DNA of 64,000 nucleotides. Source: the human T2T-CHM13v2.0 reference genome, Homo sapiens. The notes beneath the pieces were generated by a model. It was not told where the DNA came from. It searched no databases and saw only the letters and a list, made by a program, of their open reading frames with translations. The DNA lies in NCBI RefSeq assembly GCF_009914755.1, contig NC_060939.1; one strand, given 5' to 3'. Positions 15,001 through 30,000 of this stretch are shown in pieces. The translations under genes were made by a program, and so were the position numbers. How positions within the stretch are numbered: the first letter of the stretch is position 1; each line of letters opens with the position of its first letter.

Positions 15001-18000
15001 CATTCTGTTCCATTCCATTCCGTTCCATTGCATTCCATTCCATTCGGTACCATTCCATATTGTTCCATTCGATTCCATTCGAATCCATTCCATTCCAGTC
15101 CATTCCATTCGATTCCATTCCATTCCTTTCAATTCCATTCCATTCCATTCCATTCCACTTGATTCCACTCCATTCCCTTCCACTGCATTCCATTCGATTC
15201 CATTCCATTGCATTGCATTCCATTCCATTGGACTGCATTCCATTCGATTCCATTCCATTCGAATCAATTACATAGCAATCCATTACATTCGAGTCTATTC
15301 TATTCCGTTCCATTCGATTTCATTCCAATCCATTCGATTCCATTCCATTCGATTCCATTCCATACTATTGCATTCCATTCTATTACATTATATTCGAATA
15401 AGTTCCATTCAGGACCATTTCTTTTGAGTCCATTCTATTTGAGTCCATTCCCTTTGATTCCATAACATTTTAGTCCATTCAATTCCATTCCTTTCGTTTC
15501 CATTCCATTTGATGCCATTCCACTCAATTCTGTTCTACTCGACTCCAATACATTCAATTCCATTCCATCCGATTCCATTACATTCTTTTCATTTCTTATC
15601 CATTTCAAGCCATTCCACTCCATTCCATTCCACTCGTTTCCTTTCCATTCGAGTCCATTCCTCTCCAGTCCATTCCGTTCAATCCATTCCATTCCAGTCC
15701 ATTCCATTCGAGTCCGTTCCATTCCAGTCCATTCCATTCGAGTCAATTCCATTCCATTCGATGTCTTCCATAACGATCCATTCCATTCTATTCCTTTCGA
15801 TTCCATTCCATTCTATTTCATTCCATTCGATTCCCTTCCATTGGACTCCTTTCCATTCGAGTGCATTCCATTCCGTTCCATTTCTTTCCGTTCTGTACGA
15901 TTCTTACCGTTCGATTTCATTTTGTTCCAGTCCATTCCTTTCGCGTCCATTCCATTCCATTTCACTCCATTCGATTCCATTCCACTCGATTCCACTTCGT
16001 TCCATTTCATTGCATTCCATTCTATTCAACTCTATTGCCTTCCATTCCATTCCATTCGATTACATTCCATGCGATTCCATTCGAAATCGAATCAATTACA
16101 TTGCAATCCATTACTATTGAGTCCGTTTTATTCCAGTCCACTGCATTCTGGTCCATTCCATTTGATTCCATTCCATTCTATTCCATTCCATACAGTTGCA
16201 TTCCATTGGATTCCATGCTATATCTATAAATTCAATTCGAGACCATTGCTTTTGAGTCCATTCTATATGATTCCATTCCATTCAAGTCCATTACATTTGG
16301 TTCAATTCCATTCCATTCCAGTTGATATCAATCCATTCGATTCCATTCCATTCGAGCACATTCCATTCGAGTCCATTCCATTCGATGCCATTCCATTTGA
16401 TTCTATTCCATTAGTCTCCATTCAATTCCATTAATCTCCATTCCATTCCATTCTACTCCAACTGATTCCATTCCATTCTATTCCTTTCCATTCCATTTCA
16501 TTCCATTCCATTTCATTCCATTCCATTCCATTCGTGTCCATTCCACTCCAGTCCATTCCATTCGTGTCCATTCCATTCCAGTCCATTCCATTTGTGTCCA
16601 CTGCATTCCATTCCACTCCATTCCATATTATTCCATTACACTCCATTCCATTCTATTACTTTCATTTCCATTCAATTCCATTCCGTTTGATTCCATTCCA
16701 CTCGGTTTCATTCCATTTGAGTCCACTCCATTCCATTCCAATCCATTCCGTTCCATTCAGTTCCATTCCATTCTGTTCCATTCCATTCCGATCCATTACA
16801 TTCCATTCCATTCGGTACCATTCCATATTGTTCCATTCGATTCCATTCGAATCCATTCCATTCCAGTCCATTCCATTCGATTCCATTCCATTCATTTCAA
16901 TTCCATTCCATTCCATTCCATTACATTCCACTTGATTCCTCTCCATTCCCTTCCACTGCATTCCGTTCGATTCCATTCCATTGCATTGCATTCCATTCCA
17001 TTGGATTGCATTCCATTCGATTCCATTCCATTCGAATCAATTACATAGCAATCCATTACATTCGAGTCTATTCTATTCCGTTCCATTCGATTTCGTTCCA
17101 ATCCATTCGATTCCATTCCATTCGACTCCATTCCATACTATTGCATTCCATTCTATTACATTATATTCGAATAAGTTCCATTCAAGACCATTTCTTTTGA
17201 GTCCATTCTATTTGAGTCCATTCCCTTTGATTCCATAACATTTGAGTCCATTCAATTCCATTCCTTTCGTTCCCATTCCATTTGATGCCATTCCATTCAA
17301 TTCTGTTCTACTCGACTCCAATACATTCAATTCCATTCCATCCGATTCCATTCCATTCTTTTCATTTCTTATCCATTTCAAGCCATTCCACTCCATTCCA
17401 TTCCACTCGTTTCCTTTCCATTCGAGTCCATTCCTCTCCAGTCCATTCCGTTCAATCCATTCCATTCCAGTCCATTCCATTCGAGTCCGTTCCATTCCAG
17501 TCCACTCCATTCGAGTCAATTCCATCCCATTCGATGTCTTTCCATAACGATCCATTCCATTCTATTCCTTTCGATTCCATTCCATTCTATTTCATTCCAT
17601 TCGATTCCCTTCCATTGGACTCCTTTCCATTCGAGTGCATTCCATTCCGTTCCATTTCTTTCCGTTCTGTACGATTCCTACCGTTTGATTTCATTTTGTT
17701 CCATTCCATTCCTTTCGCGTCCATTCCATTCCATTTCACTCCATTCGATTCCATTCCACTCGATTCCACTTCGTTCCATTTCATTGCATTCCATTCTATT
17801 CAACTCTATTGCCTTCCATTCCATTCCATTCGATTACATTCCATGCGATTCCATTCGAAATCGAATCAATTACATTGCAATCCATTACTATTGAGTCCGT
17901 TTTATTCCAGTCCACTGCATTCTGGTCCATTCCATTTGATTCCATTCCATTCTATTCCCTTCCATACAGTTGCATTCCATTGGATTCCATGCTATATCTA

Positions 18001-21000
18001 TAAATTCAATTCGAGACCATTGCTTTTGAGTCCATTCTATATGATTCCATTCCATTCAAGTCCATTACATTTGCTTCAATTCCATTCCATTCCATTCCGT
18101 TCCATTCCATTCCAGTTGATATCAATCCATTCGATTCCATTCCATTCGAGCACATTCCATTCGAGTCCATTCCATTCGATGCCATTCCATTTGATTCTAT
18201 TCCATTAGTCTCCATTCAATTCCATTAATCTCCATTCCATTCCATTCTACTCCAACTGATTCCATTCCATTCTATTCCTTTCCATTCCATTTCATTCCAT
18301 TCCATTCCATTTCATTCCATTCCATTCCATTCGTGTCCATTCCACTCCAGTCCATTCCATTTGTGTCCACTGCATTCCATTCCACTCCATTCCATATTAT
18401 TCCATTCCACTCCATTCCATTCTATTACTTTCATTTCCATTCAATTCCATTCCATTTGATTCCATTCCACTCGGTTTCATTCCATTTGAGTCCACTCCAT
18501 TCCATTCCATTCCATTCCATTCCATTCAGTTCCATTCCATTCTGTTCCATTCCATTCCGTTCCATTACATTCCATTCCATTCGGTACCATTCCATATTGT
18601 TCCATTCGATTCCATTCGAATCCATTCCATTCCAGTCCATTCCATTCGATTCCATTCCATTGATTTCAATTCCATTCCATTCCATTCCATTACATTCCAC
18701 TTGATTCCTCTCCATTCCCTTCCACTGCATTCCGTTCGATTCCATTCCATTGCATTGCATTCCATTCAATTGGATTGCATTCCATTCGATTCCATTCCAT
18801 TCGAATCAATTACATAGCAATCCATTACATTCGAGTCTATTCTATTCCGTTCCATTCGATTTCGTTCCAATCCATTCGATTCCATTCCATTCGATTCCAT
18901 TCCATACTATTGCATTCCATTTGATTACATTATATTCGAATAAGTTCCATTCAAGACCATTTCTTTTGAGTCCATTCTATTTGAGTCCATTCCCTTTGAT
19001 TCCATAACATTTGAGTCCATTCAATTCCATTCCTTTCGTTTCCATTCCATTTGATGCCATTCCATTCAATTCTGTTCTACTCGACTCCAATACATTCAAT
19101 TCCATTCCATCCGATTCCATTACATTCTTTTCATTTCTTATCCATTTCAAGCCATTCCACTCCATTCCATTCCACTCGTTTCCTTTCCATTCGAGTCCAT
19201 TCCTCTCCAGTCCATTCCGTTCAATCCATTCCATTCCAGTCCATTCCATTCGAGTCCGTTCCATTCCAGTCCATTCCATTCGAGTCAATTCCATTCCATT
19301 CGATGTCTTTCCATAACGATCCATTCCATTCTATTCCTTTCGATTCCATTCCATTCTATTTCATTCCATTCGATTCCCTTCCATTGGACTCCTTTCCATT
19401 CGAGTGCATTCCATTCCGTTCCATTTCTTTCCGTTCTGTACGATTCCTACCGTTCGATTTCATTTTGTTCCAGTCCATTCCTTTCGCGTCCATTCCATTC
19501 CATTTCACTCCATTCGATTCCATTCCACTCGATTCCACTTCGTTCCATTTCATTGCATTCCATTCTATTCAACTCTATTGCCTTCCATTCCATTCCATTC
19601 GATTACATTCCATGCGATTCCATTTGATATCGAATCAATTACATTGCAATCCATTACTATTGAGTCCGTTTTATTCCTGTCCACTGCATTCTGGTCCATT
19701 CCATTTGATTCCATTCCATTCTCTTCCATTCCATACAGTTGCATTCCTTTGGATTCCATGCTATATATATAAATTAAATTCGAGACCATTGCTTTTGAGT
19801 CCATTCTATATGATTCCATTCCATTCAAGTCCATTACATTTGGTTCAATTCCATTCCATTCCAGTTGAAATCAATCCATTCGATTCCATTCCATTCGATC
19901 ACATTCCATTCGAGTCCATTCCATTTGATTCTATTCCATTAGTCTCCATTCAATTCCATTAATCTCCATTCCATTCCATTCTACTCTAACTGATTCCATT
20001 CCATTCTATTCCTTTCCATTCCATTTCATTCCATTCCATTCCATTTCATTCCATTCCATTCCATTCGTGTCCATTCCTCTCCAGTCCATTCCATTCGTGT
20101 CCATTCCATTCCAGTCCATTCCATTTGTGTCCACTGCATTCCATTCCACTCCATTACATATTATTCCATTACACTCCATTCCATTCTATTACTTTCATTT
20201 CCATTCAATTCCATTCCATTTGATTCCATTCCACTCGGTTTCATTCCATTTGAGTCCACTCCATTCCATTCCATTCCATTCCATTCAGTTCCATTCCATT
20301 CTGTTCCATTCCATTCCGTTCCATTACATTCCATTCCATTCGGTACCATTCCATAGTGTTCCATTCGATTCCATTCGAATCCATTCCATTCCAGTCCATT
20401 CCATTCGATTCCATTCCATTCATTTCAATTCCATTCCATTCCATTCCATTCCATTCCACTTGATTCCTCTCCATTCCCTTCCACTGCATTCCGTTCGATT
20501 CCATTCCATTGCATTGCATTCCATTCCATTGGATTGCATTCCATTCGATTCCATTCCATTCGAATCAATTACATAGCAATCCATTACATTCGAGTCTATT
20601 CTATTCCGTTCCATTCGTTTTCATTCCAATCCATTCGATTCCATTCCATTCGATTCCATTCCATACTATTGCATTCCATTCGATTACATTATATTCGAAT
20701 AAGTTCCATTCAAGACCATTTCTTTTGAGTCCATTCTATTTGAGTCCATTCCCTTTGATTCCATAACATTTGAGTCCATTCAATTCCATTCCTTTCGTTT
20801 CCATTCCATTTGATGCCATTCCATTCAATTCTGTTCTACTCGACTCCAATACATTCAATTCCATTCCATCCGATTCCATTACATTCTTTTCATTTCTTAT
20901 CCATTTCAAGCCATTCCACTCCATTCCATTCCACTCGTTTCCTTTCCATTCGAGTCCATTCCTCTCCAGTCCATTCCGTTCAATCCATTCCATTCCAGTC

Positions 21001-24000
21001 CATTCCATTCGAGTCCGTTCCATTCCAGTCCATTCCATTCGAGTCAATTCCATCCCATTCGATGTCTTTCCATAACGATCCATTCCATTCTATTCCTTTC
21101 GATTCCATTCCATTCTATTTCATTCCATTCGATTCCCTTCCATTGGACTCCTTTCCATTCGAGTGCATTCCATTCCGTTCCATTTCTTTCCGTTCTGTAC
21201 GATTCCTACCGTTCGATTTCATTTTGTTCCAGTCCATTCCTTTCGCGTCCATTCCATTCCATTTCACTCCATTCGATTCCATTCCACTCGATTCCACTTC
21301 GTTCCATTTCATTGCATTCCATTCTATTCAACTCTATTGCCTTCCATTCCATTCCATTCGATTACATTCCATGCGATTCCATTCGAAATCGAATCAATTA
21401 CATTGCAATCCATTACTATTGAGTCCACTTTATTCCAGTCCACTGCATTCTGGTCCATTCCATTTGATTCCATTCCATTCTATTGCATTCCATACAGTTG
21501 CATTCCATTGGATTCCATTCTATATCTATAAATTCAATTCGAGACCATTGCTTTTGAATCCATTCTATATGATTCCATTCCATTCAAGTCCATTACATTT
21601 GGTTCAATTCCATTCCATTCCATTCCCTTCCATTCCATTCCAGTTGATATCAATCCATTCGATTCCATTCCATTCGAGCACATTCCATTCGAGTCCATTC
21701 CATTCGATGCCATTCCATTTGATTCTATTCCATTAGTCTCCATTCAATTCCATTAATCTCCATTCCATTCCATTCTACTCCAACTGATTCCATTCCATTC
21801 TATTCCTTTCCATTCCATTTCATTCCATTCCATTCCATTTCATTCCATTCCATTCCATTCGCTTCCATTCCATTCGTGTCCATTCCACTCCTGTCCATTC
21901 CATTCGTGTCCATTCCATTCCAGTCCATTCCATTTGTGTCCACTGCATTCCATTCCACTCCATTCCATATTATTCCATTACACTCCATTCCATTCTATTA
22001 CTTTCATTTCCATTCAATTCCATTCCATTTGATTCCATTCCACTCGGTTTCATTCCATTTGAGTCCACTCCATTCCATTCCATTCCATTCCATTCAGTTC
22101 CATTCCATTCTGTTCCATTCCATTCCGTTCCATTGCATTCCATTCCATTCGGTACCATTCCATATTGTTCCATTCGATTCCATTCGAATCCATTCCATTC
22201 CAGTCCATTCCATTCGATTCCATTCCATTCCTTTCAATTCCATTCCATTCCATTCCATTCCACTTGATTCCACTCCATTCCCTTCCACTGCATTCCATTC
22301 GATTCCATTCCATTGCATTGCATTCCATTCCATTGGACTGCATTCCATTCGATTCCATTCCATTCGAATCAATTACATAGCAATCCATTACATTCGAGTC
22401 TATTCTATTCCGTTCCATTCGATTTCATTCCAATCCATTCGATTCCATTCCATTCGATTCCATTCCATACTATTGCATTCCATTCTATTACATTATATTC
22501 GAATAAGTTCCATTCAGGACCATTTCTTTTGAGTCCATTCTATTTGAGTCCATTCCCTTTGATTCCATAACATTTGAGTCCATTCAATTCCATTCCTTTC
22601 GTTTCCATTCCATTTGATGCCATTCCACTCAATTCTGTTCTACTCGACTCCAATACATTCAATTCCATTCCATCCGATTCCATTACATTCTTTTCATTTC
22701 TTATCCATTTCAAGCCATTCCACTCCATTCCATTCCACTCGTTTCCTTTCCATTCGAGTCCATTCCTCTCCAGTCCATTCCGTTCAATCCATTCCATTCC
22801 AGTCCATTCCATTCGAGTCCGTTCCATTCCAGTCCATTCCATTCGAGTCAATTCCATTCCATTCGATGTCTTCCATAACGATCCATTCCATTCTATTCCT
22901 TTCGATTCCATTCCATTCTATTTCATTCCATTCGATTCCCTTCCATTGGACTCCTTTCCATTCGAGTGCATTCCATTCCGTTCCATTTCTTTCCGTTCTG
23001 TACGATTCTTACCGTTCGATTTCATTTTGTTCCAGTCCATTCCTTTCGCGTCCATTCCATTCCATTTCACTCCATTCGATTCCATTCCACTCGATTCCAC
23101 TTCGTTCCATTTCATTGCATTCCATTCTATTCAACTCTATTGCCTTCCATTCCATTCCATTCGATTACATTCCATGCGATTCCATTCGAAATCGAATCAA
23201 TTACATTGCAATCCATTACTATTGAGTCCGTTTTATTCCAGTCCACTGCATTCTGGTCCATTCCATTTGATTCCATTCCATTCTATTCCATTCCATACAG
23301 TTGCATTCCATTGGATTCCATGCTATATCTATAAACTCAATTCGAGACCATTGCTTTTGAGTCCATTCTATATGATTCCATTCCATTCAAGTCCATTATA
23401 TTTGGTTCAATTCCATTCCATTCCAGTTGATATCAATCCATTCGATTCCATTCCATTCGAGCACATTCCATTCGAGTCCATTCCATTCGATGCCATTCCA
23501 TTTGATTCTATTCCATTAGTCTCCATTCAATTCCATTAATCTCCATTCCATTCCATTCTACTCCAACTGATTCCATTCCATTCTATTCCTTTCCATTCCA
23601 TTTCATTCCATTCCATTCCATTTCATTCCATTCCATTCCATTCGTGTCCATTCCTCTCCAGTCCATTCCATTCGTGTCCATTCCATTCCAGTCCATTCCA
23701 TTTGTGTCCACTGCATTCCATTCCACTCCATTCCATATTATTCCATTACACTCCATTCCATTCTATTACTTTCATTTCCATTCAATTCCATTCCATTTGA
23801 TTCCATTCCACTCGGTTTCATTCCATTTGAGTCCACTCCATTCCATTCCATTCCATTCCATTCAGTTCCATTCCATTCTGTTCCATTCCATTCCGTTCCA
23901 TTACATTCCATTCCATTCGGTACCATTCCATAGTGTTCCATTCGATTCCATTCGAATCCATTCCATTCCAGTCCATTCCATTCGATTCCATTCCATTCAT

Positions 24001-27000
24001 TTCAATTCCATTCCATTCCATTCCATTACATTCCACTTGATTCCTCTCCATTCCCTTCCACTGCATTCCGTTCGATTCCATTCCATTGCATTGCATTCCA
24101 TTCCATTGGATTGCATTCCATTCGATTCCATTCCATTCGAATCAATTACATAGCAATCCATTACATTCGAGTCTATTCTATTCCGTTCCATTCGATTTCG
24201 TTCCAATCCATTCGATTCCATTCCATTCGATTCCATTCCATACTATTGCATTCCATTCGATTACATTATATTCGAATAAGTTCCATTCAAGACCATTTCT
24301 TTTGAGTCCATTCTATTTGAGTCCATTCCCTTTGATTCCATAACATTTGAGTCCATTCATTTCCATTCCTTTCGTTTCCATTCCATTTGATGCCATTCCA
24401 TTCAATTCTCTTCTACTCGACTCCAATACATTCAATTCCATTCCATCCGATTCCATTACATTCTTTTCATTTCTTATCCATTTCAAGCCATTCCACTCCA
24501 TTCCATTCCACTCGTTTCCTTTCCATTCGAGTCCATTCCTCTCCAGTCCATTCCGTTCAATCCATTCCATTCCAGTCCATTCCATTCGAGTCCGTTCCAT
24601 TCCAGTCCATTCCATTCGAGTCAATTCCATCCCATTCGATGTCTTTCCATAACGATCCATTCCATTCTATTCCTTTCGATTCCATTCCATTCTATTTCAT
24701 TCCATTCGATTCCCTTCCATTGGAATCCTTTCCATTCGAGTGCATTCCATTCCGTTCCATTTCTTACCGTTCTGTACGATTCCTACCGTTCGATTTCATT
24801 TTGTTCCAGTCCATTATTTTCGCGTCCATTCCATTCCATTTCACTCCATTCGATTCCATTCCACTCGATTCCACTTCGTTCCATTTCATTGCATTCCATT
24901 CTATTCAACTCTATTGCCTTCCATTCCATTCCATTCGATTACATTCCATGCGATTCCATTCGAAATCGAATCAATTACATTGCAATCCATTACTACTGAG
25001 TCCACTTTATTCCAGTCCACTGCATTCTGGTCCATTCCATTTGATTCCATTCCATTCTATTGCATTCCATACAGTTGCATTCCATTGGATTCCATTCTAT
25101 ATCTATAAATTCAATTCGAGACCATTGCTTTTGAATCCATTCTATATGATTCCATTCCATTCAAGTCCATTACATTTGGTTCAATTCCATTCCATTCCAT
25201 TCCCTTCCATTCCATTCCAGTTGATATCAATCCATTCGATTCCATTCCATTCGAGCACATTCCATTCGAGTCCATTCCATTCGATGCCATTCCATTTGAT
25301 TCTATTCCATTAGTCTCCATTCAATTCCATTAATCTCCATTCCATTCCATTCTACTCCAACTGATTCCATTCCATTCTATTCCTTTCCATTCCATTTCAT
25401 TCCATTCCATTCCATTTCATTCCATTCCATTCCATTCGCTTCCATTCCATTCGTGTCCATTCCACTCCAGTCCATTCCATTCGTGTCCATTCCATTCCAG
25501 TCCATTCCATTTGTGTCCACTGCATTCCATTCCACTCCATTCCATATTATTCCATTACACTCCATTCCATTCTATTTCTTTCATTTCCATTCAATTCCAT
25601 TCCATTTGATTCCATTCCACTCGGTTTCATTCCATTTGAGTCCACTCCATTCCATTCCATTCCATTCCATTCAGTTCCATTCCATTCTGTTCCATTCCAT
25701 TCCGTTCCATTGCATTCCATTCCATTCGGTACCATTCCATATTGTTCCATTCGATTCCATTCGAATCCATTCCATTCCTGTCCATTCCATTCGATTCCAT
25801 TCCATTCATTTCAATTCCATTCCATTCCATTCCATTCCACTTGATTCCACTCCATTCCCTTCCACTGCATTCCATTCGATTCCATTCCATTGCATTGCAT
25901 TCCATTCCATTGGACTGCATTCCATTCGATTCCATTCCATTCGAATCAATTACATAGCAATCCATTACATTCGAGTCTATTCTATTCCGTTCCATTCGAT
26001 TTCATTCCAATCCATTCGATTCCATTCCATTCGATTCCATTCCATACTATTGCATTCCATTCGATTACACTATATTCGAATAAGTTCCATTCAAGACCAT
26101 TTCTTTTGAGTCCATTCTATTTGAGTCCATTCCCTTTGATTCCATAACATTTGAGTCCATTCAATTCCATTCCTTTCGTTTCCATTCCATTTGATGCCAT
26201 TCCACTCAATTCTGTTCTACTCGACTCCAATACATTCAATTCCATTCCATCCGATTCCATTACATTCTTTTCATTTCTTATCCATTTCAAGCCATTCCAC
26301 TCCATTCCATTCCACTCGTTTCCTTTCCATTCGAGTCCATTCCTCTCCAGTCCATTCCGTTCAATCCATTCCATTCCAGTCCATTCCATTCGAGTCCGTT
26401 CCATTCCAGTCCATTCCATTCGAGTCAATTCCATTCCATTCGATGTCTTCCATAACGATCCATTCCATTCTATTCCTTTCGATTCCATTCCATTCTATTT
26501 CATTCCATTCGATTCCCTTCCATTGGACTCCTTTCCATTCGAGTGCATTCCATTCCGTTCCATTTCTTTCCGTTCTGTACGATTCTTACCGTTCGATTTC
26601 ATTTTGTTCCAGTCCATTCCTTTCGCGTCCATTCCATTCCATTTCACTCCATTCGATTCCATTCCACTCGATTCCACTTCGTTCCATTTCATTGCATTCC
26701 ATTCTATTCAACTCTATTGCCTTCCATTCCATTCCATTCGATTACATTCCATGCGATTCCATTCGAAATCGAATCAATTACATTGCAATCCATTACTATT
26801 GAGTCCGTTTTATTCCAGTCCACTGCATTCTGGTCCATTCCATTTGATTCCATTCCATTCTATTCCATTCCATACAGTTGCATTCCATTGGATTCCATGC
26901 TATATCTATAAATTCAATTCGAGACCATTGCTTTTGAGTCCATTCTATATGATTCCATTCCATTCAAGTCCATTACATTTGGTTCAATTCCATTCCATTC

Positions 27001-30000
27001 CAGTTGATATCAATCCATTCGATTCCATTCCATTCGAGCACATTCCATTCGAGTCCATTCCATTCGATGCTATTCCATTTGATTCTATTCCATTAGTCTC
27101 CATTCAATTCCATTAATCTCCATTCCATTCCATTCTACTCCAACTGATTCCATTCCATTCTATTCCTTTCCATTCCATTTCATTCCATTCCATTCCATTT
27201 CATTCCATTCCATTCCATTTCATTCCATTCCATTCCATTTCATTCCATTCCATTCCATTCGTGTCCATTCCACTCCAGTCCATTCCATTCGTGTCCATTC
27301 CATTCCAGTCCATTCCATTTGTGTCCACTGCATTCCATTCCACTCCATTCCATATTATTCCATTACACTCCATTCCATTCTATTACTTTCATTTCCATTC
27401 AATTCCATTCCGTTTGATTCCATTCCACTCGGTTTCATTCCATTTGAGTCCACTCCATTCCATTCCATTCCATTCCATTCAATTCAGTTCCATTCCATTC
27501 TGTTCCATTCCATTCCGTTCCATTACATTCCATTCCATTCGGTACCATTCCATATTGTTCCATTCGATTCCATTCGAATCCATTCCATTCCAGTCCATTC
27601 CATTCGATTCCATTCCATTCATTTCAATTCCATTCCATTCCATTCCATTACATTCCACTTGATTCCTCTCCATTCCCTTCCACTGCATTCCGTTCGATTC
27701 CATTCCATTGCATTGCATTCCATTCCATTGGATTGCATTCCATTCGATTCCATTCCATTCGAATCAATTACATAGCAATCCATTACATTCGAGTCTATTC
27801 TATTCCGTTCCATTCGATTTCGTTCCAATCCATTCGATTCCATTCCATTCGACTCCATTCCATACTATTGCATTCCATTCTATTACATTATATTCGAATA
27901 AGTTCCAATCAAGACCATTTCTTTTGAGTCCATTCTATTTGAGTCCATTCCCTTTGATTCCATAACATTTGAGTCCATTCAATTCCATTCCTTTCGTTCC
28001 CATTCCATTTGATGCCATTCCATTCAATTCTGTTCTACTCGACTCCAATACATTCAATTCCATTCCATCCGATTCCATTACATTCTTTTCATTTCTTATC
28101 CATTTCAAGCCATTCCACTCCACTCCATTCCACTCGTTTCCTTTCCATTCGAGTCCATTCCTCTCCAGTCCATTCCGTTCAATCCATTCCGTTCCAGTCC
28201 ATTCCATTCGAGTCCGTTCCATTACAGTCCATTCCATTCGAGTCAATTCCATTCCATTCGATGTCTTTCCATAACGATCCATTCCATTCTATTCCTTTCG
28301 ATTCCATTCCATTCTATTTCATTCCATTCGATTCCCTTCCATTGAACTCCTTTCCATTCGAGTGCATTCCATTCCGTTCCATTTCTTTCCGTTCTGTACG
28401 ATTCCTACCGTTCGATTTCATTTTGTTCCAGTCTATTCCTTTCGCGTCCATTCCATTCCATTTCACTCCATTCGATTCCATTCCACTCGATTCCACTTCG
28501 TTCCATTTCATTGCATTCCATTCTATTCAACTCTTTTGCCTTCCATTCCATTCCATTCGATTACATTCCATGCGATTCCATTCGAAATCGAATCAATTAC
28601 ATTGCAATCCATTACTATTGAGTCCGTTTTATTCCAGTCCACTGCATTCTGGTCCATTCCATTTGATTCCATTCCATACTATTCCATTCCATACAGTTGC
28701 ATTCCATTGGATTCCATTATATATCTATAAATTCAATTCGAGACCGTTGCTTTTGAGTCCATTCTATATGATTCCATTCCATTCAAGTCCATTACATTTG
28801 GTTCAATTCCATTCCATTCCATTCCCTTCCATTCCATTCCAGTTGATATCAATCCATTCGATTCCATTCCATTCGAGCACATTCCATTCAAGTCCATTCC
28901 ATTCGATGCCATTCCATTTGATTCTATTCCATTAGTCTCCATTCAATTCCATTAATGTCCATTCCATTCCATTCTACTCCAACTGATTCCATTCCATTCT
29001 ATTCCTTTCCATTCCATTTCATTCCATTCCATTCCATTTCATTCCATTCCATTCCATTTCATTCCATTCCATTCCATTTCATTCCATTCCATTCCATTGG
29101 CTTCCATTCCATTCGTGTCCATTCCACTCCAGTCCATTCCATTCCAGTCCATTCCATTTGTGTCCACTGCATTCCATTCCACTCCATTCCATATTATTCC
29201 ATTACACTCCGTTCCATTCAATTACTTTCATTTCCATTCAATTCCATTCCATTTGATTCCATTCCACTCGGTTTCATTGCATTTGAGTCCACTCCATTCC
29301 ATTCCATTCCATTCCATTCAGTTCCATTCCATTCTGTTCCATTCCATTCCATTCCATTGCATTCCATTCCATTCGGTACCATTCCATATCGTTCCATTCG
29401 ATTCCATTCGAATCCATTCCATTCCAGTCCATTCCATTCGATTCCATTCCATTCCTTTCAATTCCAGTCCATTCCATTCCATTCCATTCCACTTGATTCC
29501 ACTCCATTCCCTTCCACTGCATTCCATTCGATTCCATTCCATTGCATTGCATTCCATTCCATTGGACTGCATTCCATTCGATTCCATTCCATTCGAATCA
29601 ATTACATAGCAATCCATTACATTCGAGTCTATTCTATTCCGTTCCATTCGATTTCCTTCCAATCCATTCGATTCCATTCCATTCGATTCCATTCCATACT
29701 ATTGCATTCCATTCTATTACATTATATTCGAATAAGTTCCATTCAAGACCATTTCTTTTGAGTCCATTCTATTTGAGTCTATTCGCTTTGATTCCATAAC
29801 ATTTGAGTCCATTCAATTCCATTCCTTTCGTTTCCATTCCATTTGATGGCATTTCATTCAATTCTGTTCTACTCAACTCCAATACATTCAATTCCATTCC
29901 ATCCGATTCCATTACATTCTTTACATTTCTTATCCATTTCAAGCCATTCCATTCCATTCCATTCCACTCGTTTCCTTTCCATTCGAGTCCATTCCTCTCC

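Noticed and set aside
22574-27116. Fused 321 aa ORFs at 22574 and 26151
   Set aside because: They result from the 1 bp deletion GATGTCTTCC joining two spurious frames. This is a lineage marker, not a gene.
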